The position numbers were made by a program, and so were the translations under genes. Shown piece after piece: positions 1 to 11,200 of a stretch of DNA of 32,000 nt (position 1 is the stretch's first letter; every line of letters begins with the position of its first letter). The notes under the pieces are model-generated. The model was not told the DNA's origin and ran no database searches. It worked only from the letters and a program-made list of their open reading frames with translations. Source of the DNA: Amoeboradix gromovi X-113 (lineage: Eukaryota > Fungi > Sanchytriomycota); assembly GCA_018985225.1 (NCBI GenBank), contig JADGIF010000020.1:1-32000 (forward strand), written 5' to 3'.

Positions 1-660
1 TCTTCTTTCAACTCTGATTGAATTGTATTTGAAATCATAAAGTCAATAGTTACCGTACAAATCTAAAATAAAGGCTAGATGAAAGAGCAAGAGAATAGCT
101 GTACAGAATACTTATTTTTGAAATTTCGATACAAATTGTCTAGTCTAGTTTTTACAGAGCATGTCCCATATGTTACTTGCTGCCGTATGGTCCATCTGCT
201 TTCAAATGTCATTTTTTACACCTCTTTTAATTGTTTTACTTCAAAGTGCCACACTTTGTACAACTTTGGCAATTAAATATAAATTATCTGTATTATGTAC
301 TTATTAGCGACTTCTTTAGATATGTCATCTTCAGAATCTCGAGACCTGGACCCAATCTGGTTGATGAAGAGAGATAGCATTGAGTTTTATATGCCATTAG
401 AGGTATCCGCAAAAGACTTGTATTGGTGCAATAAAAGTCACGCAATCGCAATAAATGGTATATTCAATTGAAGTCTATAGCTGTTATGACTTCTTGAGCT
501 GGAGCAACAGTAGCACTTTTATCAAAAATTTTAAAATACAATTTTCCTAGCGATTTTTTAGAGTTGTGGTAATTGCAGCCATCGTGTATAGTCGTTTTGT
601 TTTTAACCTATCAGTTTTGCTCAAATTGTTGAGGAGTATTTTCAAACCATTTTGATATCA

Positions 661-1119
661 ATGTTAAGTTGGTGGAAAGACAAAGATAACCGGGTTTCCT
701 TTATTCCAAGTAGGTTGCGGTTCAAGTCTAAAAGACGGGTAAACAGTACTTCAAGCTCCGATTCTGATGCGACTCTAATCCACTTTGACGACTTCACCCA
801 AAACCTTATAAATACATCAGTTAGTAAACTGGAGTTAGCACGCAGTATGCGTGAGCAGGTTGTTATCACCAATTCTGTGGCAGCATTTTATCCTTATCCA
901 TTTCAGGAGCGAGAGTTCATAGATTATTCAGATTTTGACAAATTGCCCATAGGCCGATCTAGTCTTCATCGCAATATATCAAAAGATACCTTAGACCCAC
1001 CTTTTATCAAGCAGGCAATGGAGCTAGTTGTAAGTCAATTTCGGAAACATGAACTTATGCGTAAACGGTCTGAAATATTCAACAACGCTTTTCGTAAACA
1101 ACGGTATTCAAGTCAATAA
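661..1119 (+). CDS. Hypothetical protein (~152 aa, from ATG 661)
   Basis: Open frame from ATG 661. Its TAA stop overlaps AATAAA like the well-supported genes here, and it abuts the convergent proteasome gene. No recognisable domain. Confidence 0.55.
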   Translation: MLSWWKDKDNRVSFIPSRLRFKSKRRVNSTSSSDSDATLIHFDDFTQNLINTSVSKLELARSMREQVVITNSVAAFYPYPFQEREFIDYSDFDKLPIGRSSLHRNISKDTLDPPFIKQAMELVVSQFRKHELMRKRSEIFNNAFRKQRYSSQ

Positions 1120-1121
1120 AT

Positions 1122-1854
1122 TTATTCTTGATCAAGTACACGAGTCATGTTTACTTCAATTTCATTTTCCTGTAAAATAACAAACTTTCCATCTCGCAGC
1201 TCTGCTATTTCAATCTCTTTTGGCTTCAACTCTGCACCAATAACCGACATGAATGATTTCAATGATGAGTCCAGTGCCACAACTATATGAGTTTTAGTTA
1301 CCTGAATCTTTGCCACTAAACAGTTTTTCCAGATGGTTTAACGCTTCCTGTTGTTTCTGTCCGGATGCAGCTGCCTTGAACTTTGCATAATACCCTGCTG
1401 GGTCTACTTTAAATAACTCTTGATTTCCATCGCCGTCATATCCCACTACTAAAAGAGCCGCACCCGGTAATCGCATTCCTGCATATTGCGTACCCATTTG
1501 GTTCATATTAGCTATCTTCTTTACAAGCAGTTCGACTGGGATTGGATATCCAAATTCATAGACAAAGCTAGCACATTCTTCTCTAGCTCTAGCCACCATC
1601 AATTTGCCATCGGGAAGAAGACCTGATATGCAGCACCCTATATGATCATCAAGTTTGTACATACTAGTCATTGTTAGTGGATCCATTAACTTACTTGGGA
1701 CTTTTCTTTGAGTGATTAGAACGCAATTGCCGTTACTGTTTATGCCAAGACAGGTGTTAGTAGAGTTTGTTATAGCTTTAAAAGCGTACTCTACCTGATA
1801 TAATCTACCATCTGGTGAAAATACTGAAATATTACGATCGAAGCCACTCGCCAT
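1122..1854 (-). CDS. PSMA6: 20S proteasome subunit alpha-1 (PSMA6/Scl1); exons 1854-1302 and 1282-1122; 237 aa
   Basis: N-terminal alpha signature FDRNISVFSPDGRLYQVEYAFKA, plus DPAGYY. Removing the 19-nt intron 1283-1301 joins the two ORF-track pieces (KDS-VVALDS...KPKEIEIA...RVLDQE). Confidence 0.95.
1283..1301 (-). other. 19-nt spliceosomal intron GTAACTAAAACTCATATAG
   Basis: GT..AG ends; excision restores the PSMA6 frame; contains an in-frame TAA. Confidence 0.9.
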
Positions 1855-2735
1855 TTGTTTGAAAAAATTAGATTATACGCTCATTTGGATCCTCTAATCA
1901 TTTATTTAATTAAAGCGTCAAAAGTTTCTTTAGACTAGTCCGGACAGCTAAACAAGAAACAGCGTATACAATATATGCCAAATTGAATACTACATTTTTT
2001 TCCGCGGCAACTCAGAGGAAATTACATAGCTTTTAATTTTAACAAACTCTTGATATTAGACGGCTCTAAACACAGCTTAATAGTAATCTCACATAATTAC
2101 TCAAATTAAGAAAACCCGTCAAGTTAATGAAGACAATATGCTAATAGTAAGTTGCTCTGCAATAAGCAAACACAACTTTAACACTACACCATTAACGATA
2201 CAAGCTTTGCAGTAGTGGTAGTCGGCTCACTTATGATCTAAAGCTATCCCTGCCGACGTTTTATTGTGAATTGAAGCCTTTTTTTATAATTTAAATCGCT
2301 GTTACAATAAAAAGAGTAATACCATTATACTTCGCCATTTCTCTCATATCTTTTACGTTGGTTAAAATTTGCAATACGGAAATACTTGTTATGATTGCGA
2401 ATGAATGCATTACAACAAAGACAAATATTCTCAATTTGCACTGCAACAATAAAGTAAAGTAAATAGCTTAAGTCATTTACTGAGTAGATGGCACACAAAA
2501 CTATTGCAGCATAATCCAGCAGTATTAAATAGAAAGATTAGGTTCCGCAGGCATAAGCAAAGTATTTTATTGGGAAAACAACGCCGCTATTAACAGAAAT
2601 TTTGGGCATCTTTATTAGAATACGCATGAATAATTAGGCTAGCACCAAAGATCCTGAATAGGTTGTTACTATTAGATATTCTTCACAGGCAGTATTTCTT
2701 ATTTGTAATTGGGGTAATTTTCGCCAAGTTGTCCC

Positions 2736-5294
2736 ATGTATCGCCTAGATCATAAAATTCCTTCAATTAGGCTCCGTCATTTAGAGCAGTTACATCGGCA
2801 TGTTTTTCTAAATAAGACTGTTGATGTTGAGTATGTCAAAAAGCAATTCGCCATGCAGTACAAGTTGTTAACCAATAAGGAACTGAATATGTATGGTGAA
2901 ATATTTGAGTATTTGTGGAATCGCGATAATACTTACTTTGGTGATATTCAGGAACCACTAGAATATCTTTACTGCAAGTCCAATATCGATATTCCCAGAG
3001 AATTGAATAAAAGTGAACCGCTTTATTTTTATGACGATAATGAGAAAAGCAATTCGAACTCAGTTATTTATGATTCAGTCGTGTTTCCGAGTGACTTAAA
3101 TGACCCGGATGCTGTATTCACATTCTCCTGTGACTACTTCCCTAATCTTACTACAGATAACCAGTCTAATCAGTTTTTAATATCTCTTTTAAATACCGAT
3201 TATTTCTCTTTAATATTTCAATTATATCTCATTTATCACCCCTTAAATATCCGCCTGTTGAAGCCTTATATTCTGCACATTAATGACCCGTTTTATGTTT
3301 ATAATTTCCTTGTAAACATTAATCCTTCTGATTATCAGAAGTCACTCCAAATTATATTCCCACTGCTAAAACTAGTTGACAGTAATGACCTGTTGATGTG
3401 CGTTGCGAATTCTGTTACTGTATGCACTGAGTATCTCCTTAAACACTCGCTAATCCATTTTCAACTATTTGAATACGTGTGCCTAATCGCCACAAGTCAA
3501 TCCTCTTACGAAATTCTGTTATATTTTATTTGCCATGGTGAATTAAAGCACATCTCACACGTTTTCAACCTTTTGCTAAGTCGTAATATCTATGAGAATG
3601 ATTTTGTTATCTCAGCAGCACTTTTCAACCAGCGAGACTACTTGTTGCGCTCCACTGTTAAACCAATTAGTGTTGCGACTATTTTGTTCTTTAACTTGGC
3701 TATTCCGATGCCGTATGAACCTATTTTTAATTTTAGCAGATCCCCAGCACTTAACAAAACGAGCCAGCACTTGATAAGTCCAAAGGAGCTGCAAGAATTC
3801 CATTTGATATACAAGTCGTACATACAGAATCCCACAGACAATGAACTATTGCACACTTATCATGAACTGTTGACTCACAAATGCCAGCCATCTTTAAATT
3901 TGTTAAAATTGTTAAAATCAAACACAGATATAATTTCAAAAAAGCTATACCATCTAGCAACACTAATAAGCAGTATTCCACTGTTTAAATGTCAGGCAAA
4001 TCTTACTTTATTCCTTAATAAACATTTTTATGTTTATGATATTTCAATCGATTGGCCACTTGCAGGATGGACCAACATCGAAATCGAACCATCTTATGTT
4101 ACAGTGACAGACAATCAACTAATATTAATGCCATTTGATGTAAACGTAGACTATTCGGGGCTGCTTAACAATGTGGATCCATCAAACCTCGCTACACTGC
4201 ATATAATTCGACATTTGGCGCCGCATGTGCACCTCATCATCAATAAATCATTGTACTTGTTAAAAATTAAAGATTTAATTAACTTTTGCTGTTTACATCC
4301 ATTGGAATCATCAACTGTTATAATTCTGAGTTTATTATCTAAACTAAATCACTACTTAATTACAAAATACATCAAAACTCTGAATATCAAATGGGATACT
4401 CAGTTACCCTTGAATTTACAGAATTTCGTGAGTGGCCTGACGGAGATGGATATTCATCATTATTACAGGTATTTGAGCTCTGTAGACGACAAATCAGATA
4501 TGCAGCAGATTTTTACAATATCCTACTTACTATACAACCCTATAGAATCAATTAAATGGCATGAGTTAACAAAATTGGCAATGAGCCCAATGTTGAATAA
4601 AATTGTACCTCACATACCTAAGACACATCTATCGACGCTATTAACTGAAGAAATCGTACTTTACTGTATCCAAAATAAACTAGGCAGCGCATCATTGATA
4701 TTAAGCCAGCTGGTCTGTCTTGATGATCTATTGGAAAACTGTTTGAACAGTAAAATGTACAAATGCGCTTATAATATGATGCTTTATGCTTACAGCAATA
4801 AAAAGAAAATCAGCGGGATCAAGATATCTAATGCACCGCAGTATGTGCAAATTATGGGACTAATTTTGGGCTTGCCATGTCACGTTAATTACACAAATTG
4901 CTCGCTAAATGAGCTGATAGCACTAATGGATACAAGTGTGCACTTGCCAAGGCATGTAATACAGCAATCTATGAATTCAGCCACCCTATTTGACAAAGCT
5001 AGGCTCTTGGTGAAGCTTAGTCTAAAACAAATGTATCTGGCAGTAGTAAATGACCACGTGAAAGACTTGCTTGACATAAAAACAAGTTATTATGACATCT
5101 TTTATATAATAATGCGTAATTTAGCATTTTATAAGATGGGCTGGCGAATTGTTCAGGATTTGATGAAAAGTGATGAATACTTGCAAAGATTGATAAAAAA
5201 CATCAAAATGAATAGGGTAAACACAGAAAAGTATTATACAAGAGAGATAATGATAAAGGGGATAAGAGTTGTTGAGTTAGTCGAGAGAAATTGA
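2736..5294 (+). CDS. Leucine-rich helical protein, possibly a divergent shortened rotatin-like (centriolar) protein; 852 aa
   Basis: Long ORF. LDHKIPSIRLRHL resembles the rotatin N-terminal LGHxLxEIRxRAL motif; FPNLTTD...YHPLNIRLLKPYIL resembles rotatin FPWLPLTTTD...DFPAEIFLQRPKIV as recalled. The CDS itself is secure, the identity tentative. Confidence 0.45.
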   Translation: MYRLDHKIPSIRLRHLEQLHRHVFLNKTVDVEYVKKQFAMQYKLLTNKELNMYGEIFEYLWNRDNTYFGDIQEPLEYLYCKSNIDIPRELNKSEPLYFYDDNEKSNSNSVIYDSVVFPSDLNDPDAVFTFSCDYFPNLTTDNQSNQFLISLLNTDYFSLIFQLYLIYHPLNIRLLKPYILHINDPFYVYNFLVNINPSDYQKSLQIIFPLLKLVDSNDLLMCVANSVTVCTEYLLKHSLIHFQLFEYVCLIATSQSSYEILLYFICHGELKHISHVFNLLLSRNIYENDFVISAALFNQRDYLLRSTVKPISVATILFFNLAIPMPYEPIFNFSRSPALNKTSQHLISPKELQEFHLIYKSYIQNPTDNELLHTYHELLTHKCQPSLNLLKLLKSNTDIISKKLYHLATLISSIPLFKCQANLTLFLNKHFYVYDISIDWPLAGWTNIEIEPSYVTVTDNQLILMPFDVNVDYSGLLNNVDPSNLATLHIIRHLAPHVHLIINKSLYLLKIKDLINFCCLHPLESSTVIILSLLSKLNHYLITKYIKTLNIKWDTQLPLNLQNFVSGLTEMDIHHYYRYLSSVDDKSDMQQIFTISYLLYNPIESIKWHELTKLAMSPMLNKIVPHIPKTHLSTLLTEEIVLYCIQNKLGSASLILSQLVCLDDLLENCLNSKMYKCAYNMMLYAYSNKKKISGIKISNAPQYVQIMGLILGLPCHVNYTNCSLNELIALMDTSVHLPRHVIQQSMNSATLFDKARLLVKLSLKQMYLAVVNDHVKDLLDIKTSYYDIFYIIMRNLAFYKMGWRIVQDLMKSDEYLQRLIKNIKMNRVNTEKYYTREIMIKGIRVVELVERN

Positions 5295-5394
5295 AGAGAT
5301 GAATTGTACAAATAAATATTATGCATTGATTAATAAACTATTTAAAGGTCCCGATTTTCTATAAATTATGAATGTCCAAAGATAGAATTACAAA

Positions 5395-5550
5395 GCCGGC
5401 TGCTCACACCTCTACCGCCCAAAGGTGGGATTGATATGGATGCATATAGGTTCCTTGTTGCCATGTGTTTGCTACCCACAGCCAATTGACAGTCTGTATA
5501 CCTCCCAATTCTAACCGAAAAGACTTGGTTGTGTAACGCAACCGGGGGCC
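5395..5550 (-). ncRNA. Candidate structured RNA (long imperfect hairpin), family unknown
   Basis: About 51% GC (80/156 by hand) in AT-rich intergenic DNA. On the minus strand CCGGUUGC-G-UUACAC pairs with GUGUGA-GCAGCCGG using G-U pairs, with further inner stems. Confidence 0.35.
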
Positions 5551-5571
5551 ATAATATCTGTTATAAATCAT

Positions 5572-7663
5572 TTACTGTATTGCATTCTCTTGTTTGTTGC
5601 TCTCCAAATGTCCCTTGAACAACTGTTCCGTACATTGTGCCATTGTTGGACTTGCTCTTGATATGACATCCGTAGTATAATAATTCTTAATCAGTTGTGG
5701 ATAAGCATTGTTTAAAACGTCATTTTTCTTTGCTATTGGAGCACTGTCCATGTCGAGCGTACAACTTGGCAGTTCATCTATTTCGTCGAATAGTGGTGTG
5801 AGTGTTGCCATCCTTCTTCTAATTTCCGTCACATTCTCATATGGTAATTGTTCATTACAGACTTCACTCAAAGCCCTTATAATCTCCCAGTCTACTCTGC
5901 TAGCTCCTGGTCCACTTACTGCTTTTCTGGTTTCCACAACTCTTCCTTCTAGAGTTATGTAAGTCGATTGCTTCTCTGTATATGCCAATCCCTATGTTAA
6001 TTACAATTACTGGTAAAATTAAATCAGCCACGCTCGCACCATAGTCGCCATGGTGTCCCTGATAAACTACAAAGGCGTCCTTTGGGGGAGTCGTACTATC
6101 TGCATTTAATAAATATACAAATTTTGGTGTTCTAGTTACAACTGATGGGATTCCTAGTTCATAAGCACCAGTATATGCTATGCTGGTGCTCAATAAGTTA
6201 TATTCTAGGAGTGGATTGATAGCTTTCAATGATTTTACATAGTTATTAAGTTGCGCAGATCCAGCTATCCCTTCGCCCACAATTATGACAGGATGTTTAG
6301 CTGAGCCCAAGTTACTATTAAACTCCTTGTTTGTATCAGTTAATCGTTCTAATCCATTGCCAAGATAAGTGTAGCCGTAATTCAAATCATATTTTGGACC
6401 GTTCAAATAGATGTTGGCACCGTTTAAATAGGCTCTACGGATTCTAATATTCATGATTGATGCTTCTGTTCTAGGATTGGCACCTATAATTAATACAAAA
6501 TCGCTGTTTTCAATGTTGCCAATTGAGGTATTAAATATGTAATTTTTACGAAAACTATGACTAATCATACTGCTAGGATGGTTAATATGCAGATCTAAAG
6601 CAGTTTGTCCATCAAACCTGTAAAGTAGATCCTTTAAAGCAGTCATTGACTCGCAATCAGCTAATTGGCCCACAACCCCTAAAATACCAGATTTGTTGGT
6701 AACAGATTCTTTAATCTTGAGTCTAAATAGCTCAAAAGCCTGTTGCCAAGTAACTGGAACAAATTCGTTATTTGATTTTATCATTGGAACATTCAATCGC
6801 TGTATTTTCAATCCATCACAAGCATGTCGAGTTTTATCGCTAATCCATTCCTCATTTACCTCTTCGTTTAGCCTAGGCAGTATTCGCATGACTTCGGGAC
6901 CACGTGAATCAATACGAATAGAGCTGCCGCAAGCATCTAAGACATCAACACTTTCTGTTTTCTTCAACTCCCAAGGACGGGATTTGAAAGCGTAAGGTTT
7001 TGATGTTAGTGCACCAACAGGACACAAGTCAACAATGTTCCCACTTAGCTCTGAAGAGATAGTCTTTTCTATATATGTACCGATTTGCATGTCATTCCCA
7101 CGACCAGAGGTACCTAATTCAACGGCTCCGGCTATGTCGTTGGCAAATCTGACACATCTTGTACAGTGTATGCATCTATTCATTGATGTTTTAACAATAG
7201 GTCCAAAGTTTTTGTTTTCTACAGCCCTCTTATCACCACCAAGTGGAGAATCTCTAAAAGTGGCAGAAAATCGAGATTTGTCACTTCCAAATGCCATTGA
7301 CTGATCTTGTAGATCACACTCGCCACCTTGATCACAAACTGGACAGTCTAAAGGATGGTTTGCTAAAATAAACTCAAGAACACCTTCCCTGGCCTGTTTA
7401 ACTTTAGGCGTATCTGTAAACACTTTCATATTAGCCATAACTGGATAGGAGCAGCTGGCAACCGGTTTTGGAGCTCGCTCTAGTTCTACAAGGCACATTC
7501 TACAGTTACCAGCAATATTTAATTTTTCATGATAGCAAAAACGAGGTATAACTATGCCTGCCATTTCTATTGCATCTATAAGTGGCATACCTGGGGAGCA
7601 CTGCACTGGCTTATTATTGACCATGATCTCAACCAAGTTTTTGTAGAGTCTTCGAGATAACAT
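5572..7663 (-). CDS. NDUFS1: NADH:ubiquinone oxidoreductase 75-kDa Fe-S subunit; exons 7663-6011 and 5991-5572; 690 aa
   Basis: Motifs PRFCYHEKLNIAGNCRMCLVE, HPLDCPVCDQGGECDLQDQ, RCIHCTRCVRF, DLCPVGAL. Splicing gives the conserved ADLILP|GLAYTEK. Confidence 0.97.
5992..6010 (-). other. 19-nt spliceosomal intron GTAATTGTAATTAACATAG
   Basis: GT..AG ends; excision restores the conserved ILPGxAYTEK motif exactly. Confidence 0.95.
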
Positions 7664-8259
7664 TGTTTGAAAATTTAACCCTTTACAACACCGGAAATAG
7701 AGCAGCTCTCGACTTTAACTGAGCAAACAATTTAATGTGATAAGATGAGCTGTATCTGCAAAACGCTCTCTTTCTAGAGTTTTATAAACGCAGAAAAAGT
7801 TCATGCAGAATCTGCTCTAAAAATGAAGTAGAAGTGCAAACAAATAAGAAAGACATCTGCCGACTATAACAAAAACCTTGGAGAGTCAATTGAAATCGAG
7901 AGAATTTTTCAAGACAAGTTCGCCAGCTTCGGATTTACTGCAGTCATTTACTAAATTTAAAAATGAGCCTTGACTTTTCTAAAAGCTTGGTGCAAAGCAA
8001 TACGCTATTACTAATGATATAACTTTGCTATGAAAAGGAAAAGGCCAATGCTCTTCTGCCAGTATAGACTAATTTTGAAATCTTTGTTCAACGGATAAAA
8101 TACTCAAACAATAACAACAAAATGTTACTATTTATTGGTTTATGCGCAAACAATCTCACAAATGGCTGCTTTAGTCGACTTCTGGCTCGGCCAATGTGAT
8201 TTCTGGTACACTTTAAAAGTTTGTTTTCGCAGTTACTCTTGTAATTGAATTCAAATTTA

Positions 8260-11200
8260 TTAACTTTTTTGGCCTTGATCATTTATATTATCTGAAGACC
8301 TCTGCTCAGAAACAATCTCTTTTCTGCTGCTACTAGCGTTATTGATTTCAGTAGATATACCAGAATTAGAGAGCCGCCTAATTACTAGATTATCTTCAAA
8401 GTTGTTGGCATTTAAGCTGTTTCGTCTACTTGAGTGCAGGTCTTCATTTTGCATGTCTGCACCGCTATTTACTTTGCTTTTTCTTTTGTTTGCAAACAAG
8501 GCTTCATCTTCTGCAAATACTACACCATTAAACGTAGGAATTGCGTTCTCTTTATTCGAATTTAACTCATTATCATTCATGTCTGCATGCATGATAATAC
8601 TATTTCTTCTGCTTTTCAGTATGTTAGACAGTATATGGGTATCTAAACCATTGGCTGCAGATTGATACAAAGAATTCGACGAAATTACATATTCTGCGGT
8701 CGATGGATCACCCACTGCAGCTAGATCAGGCACCTTTGGCTCAAGCACTACCCTGTTGTTGATATATTTCAAAAATCTTTTTCTCTGTATAATCGTTGCC
8801 AAGATTCCAGTGGACTTTTCGAGGTACATGATTTTGTCGATCTCTTCCATCTCCATTTTTCTTTTTATGTAGTCATCAATTCGTAAATATGATTTGTTTC
8901 CTAGCACAGTTTTAGTCAATACCAATAAAACAACATTCAAGGCTATACCCTTTGAACCCATGTTCATCATACATTCGATATAAACACGATTCAGTCTCAA
9001 TCTTCTACTCTGGAACTCCTGTGAAGGAATACCATCAAAAATATTCTCAAAGTTCTTGTTCAACTGTAGCACAATTTCTCTGTTGAAGGATTTCTCAGTG
9101 CCTACTATAACCTGTACGCTTTTTTTGATAGTGGGAACATCCAGACCCGTAGGATATAATTTTACTGATAATTTTCCTTCAATGACGTGTAAAAAAGGTA
9201 TCAATTGCTTTTCTCTAATATACCCAGTTCCGTTTTCATCAAATTTAGCCCACGCTATCTTAAATAGGTTTAAATCACTAGTGCTAACCACACTCTTCTT
9301 AACGTCCTCGCTTGAAAAATAATTAAAGTTTTCTAAGACGATTACGGTAAACATATTTAGGAATACATATGTGCAGATAACGTAGTAGCTCATAAACAAC
9401 AAGAAGCCCCAAGATCTACTACCGCAATCAGAAAACAAATAGTTGCTGTCAAACTCTACACAGTAGCGTTTATCTATTAGACAGTCATTCATCACTCTAT
9501 GCCAGATTTCTCCGGTGATCATTCGCAGCAATAGCAACATGCTGTTTGGCAAGGTTCTAAAATTGGCGTCGGAGTTATATATTTGATAGTATCGGGTTAA
9601 ACCAAATATCTCCATAAATATCAAACTGTAGGTCAGCAGCAATATCGCAAAAACTCCCAGAATATTTCTTATTTGTGATATACTGGCATATATGATTTTG
9701 AATAGTTGCACAAGTATTGGGATATGCTGCACTAACTTAAAAGTTAAACTTAACATAAAAACTCTTTTGGCTTTATTCAAGTCTGCTGAAGGCCTGTCTG
9801 CTAACTCAAACGAGTATTCCAACGTGATACTTAACAAAGCCCCAGATACCACCACAAGATCGAAGATGTTACCTGGTGACTTGTTCCATACATTATATCC
9901 CAATGAATTATACTTTATTATCACTTCTCCGAGAAATACAAGAATAAAAAATGATAAAATTGCGTCTCTTGCCTGTGCCCACGCAACTGTCTCGTTTTGG
10001 AATTGAATCAAAAGTACAACCACAGTGCTCAGAAGAGAAAAATTTATAAACTTCGAGTACCTCCTGCTATTAAACTTATCGTAGCACCAGGCTCTAAAAC
10101 GGCTGATGGGTCTTGCAGACTGAACGGTGGCTTTGACTAACTTTATTTGCTTCATTACATCAATATACTGTCTTTGCTCGACGGTTAGATATGCTAACCC
10201 AGATATATTTAAGAAATTCTGAATAATGATACCTGCAAAGAGATTTACAACTATTAAAGAGCCAATTATCATAAATGAAAAAAAGTACAAAATTGAAAAA
10301 GGATCTATGTCACGGGTTGGTACTGGTTGGTCATCATATTTTTTAGACATGTTTGCCATGTTAAATATGTCAGTCCAGGACTCTGAAGTGCTTAAAACAA
10401 AAGTGGTCAATAACGATTTCGAAAAGCTGTCAAACGTGTAGTATGGGGCATACAAGTTCTTCCAAACCCTAGGAACAAGTATATTAATCCCCAACTGTGA
10501 CGTAACTTCAAATATACCTACACATTCGGATTTAGTCCTGACGCTTCCATCATTACAACTCTTAAATAAATCCTTGTATACATAGTTACCATATAGTGCA
10601 AAAGGAATAAAAACAATTAAACTCAGCATCAAGGCATCAAGAAGTCTACTAAACGCTAAAATAAAAAACCTAAAAATGTCTCTGATGCCTTTGAATTGAT
10701 TTACGATCCTTAAAACTCTCAAGGCCTTTGTGGCCCGCAACACTCTTGCTATCCCAGTATTGTCTTTTGTGTTTAATGATAAACCGATTATTTGAAATGT
10801 CAAAATAACAAAGTCTAACCGGTTCCAAAGGTTTCTCAAATAACTCTTTTTGTTCAAAATAAATCCTGATGAGATTACTTTGACTAGAAATTCAGACGAA
10901 AATATTAATACAGTTACTAAGTCAAATATGCGGTAAATAGGCCAAGGATTTGATTCATCCAGAGTGTCGAATCTGTTAATAGGAGTATCATATGCTGATT
11001 CAATCATGCTAGAAAATATAGTTAGTCTTATAAAATACTCAAAGTAGTTATTGGCTTTTTGTGGATCATAGATGTATAAGCAAAACCTTCTGATTGGATT
11101 GTCATTTCCCAGACAAAAAAAAGACAAATCATTATTTCCGTCTTCATCATCTACTTCGCCCAATTGATTTCTCTCAGAGATGGCGATTTTGACTGCACTA

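Noticed and set aside
1-38. Possible gene start on the minus strand (MISNTIQSELKE)
   Set aside because: Only 12 codons are visible before the window edge, so it cannot be supported.
79-470. Short ORFs near the window start, and the many antisense ORFs inside long genes
   Set aside because: No recognisable motifs; antisense shadows of real CDSs. ORFs at 13546, 14821, 19370, 20243, 29599 and 29867 overlap repeats.
2221-2286. GTCGGC/GCCGAC hairpin followed by a T-run
   Set aside because: Only 6 bp of stem; no tRNA or snRNA motifs.
5340-5560. RNase MRP-like motifs on the plus strand (AAGGTCCCG ... ACGCAACCGGGGGCC)
   Set aside because: Too little room for P2/P3 before the first motif, and P4 pairing is imperfect. 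The minus-strand rod fits better.
5900-6010. Apparent frameshifts or premature stops in NDUFS1, PSMA6, MKLN1 and WD40 (pseudogenes, recoding or altered genetic code)
   Set aside because: All four are resolved by GT-AG 19-nt introns. TAA, TAG and TGA all act as stops in this window.
7875-7960. Weak resemblance to the omega-like module on the minus strand
   Set aside because: Only short AT-rich matches; no ACGAG end and no MAARN relic.
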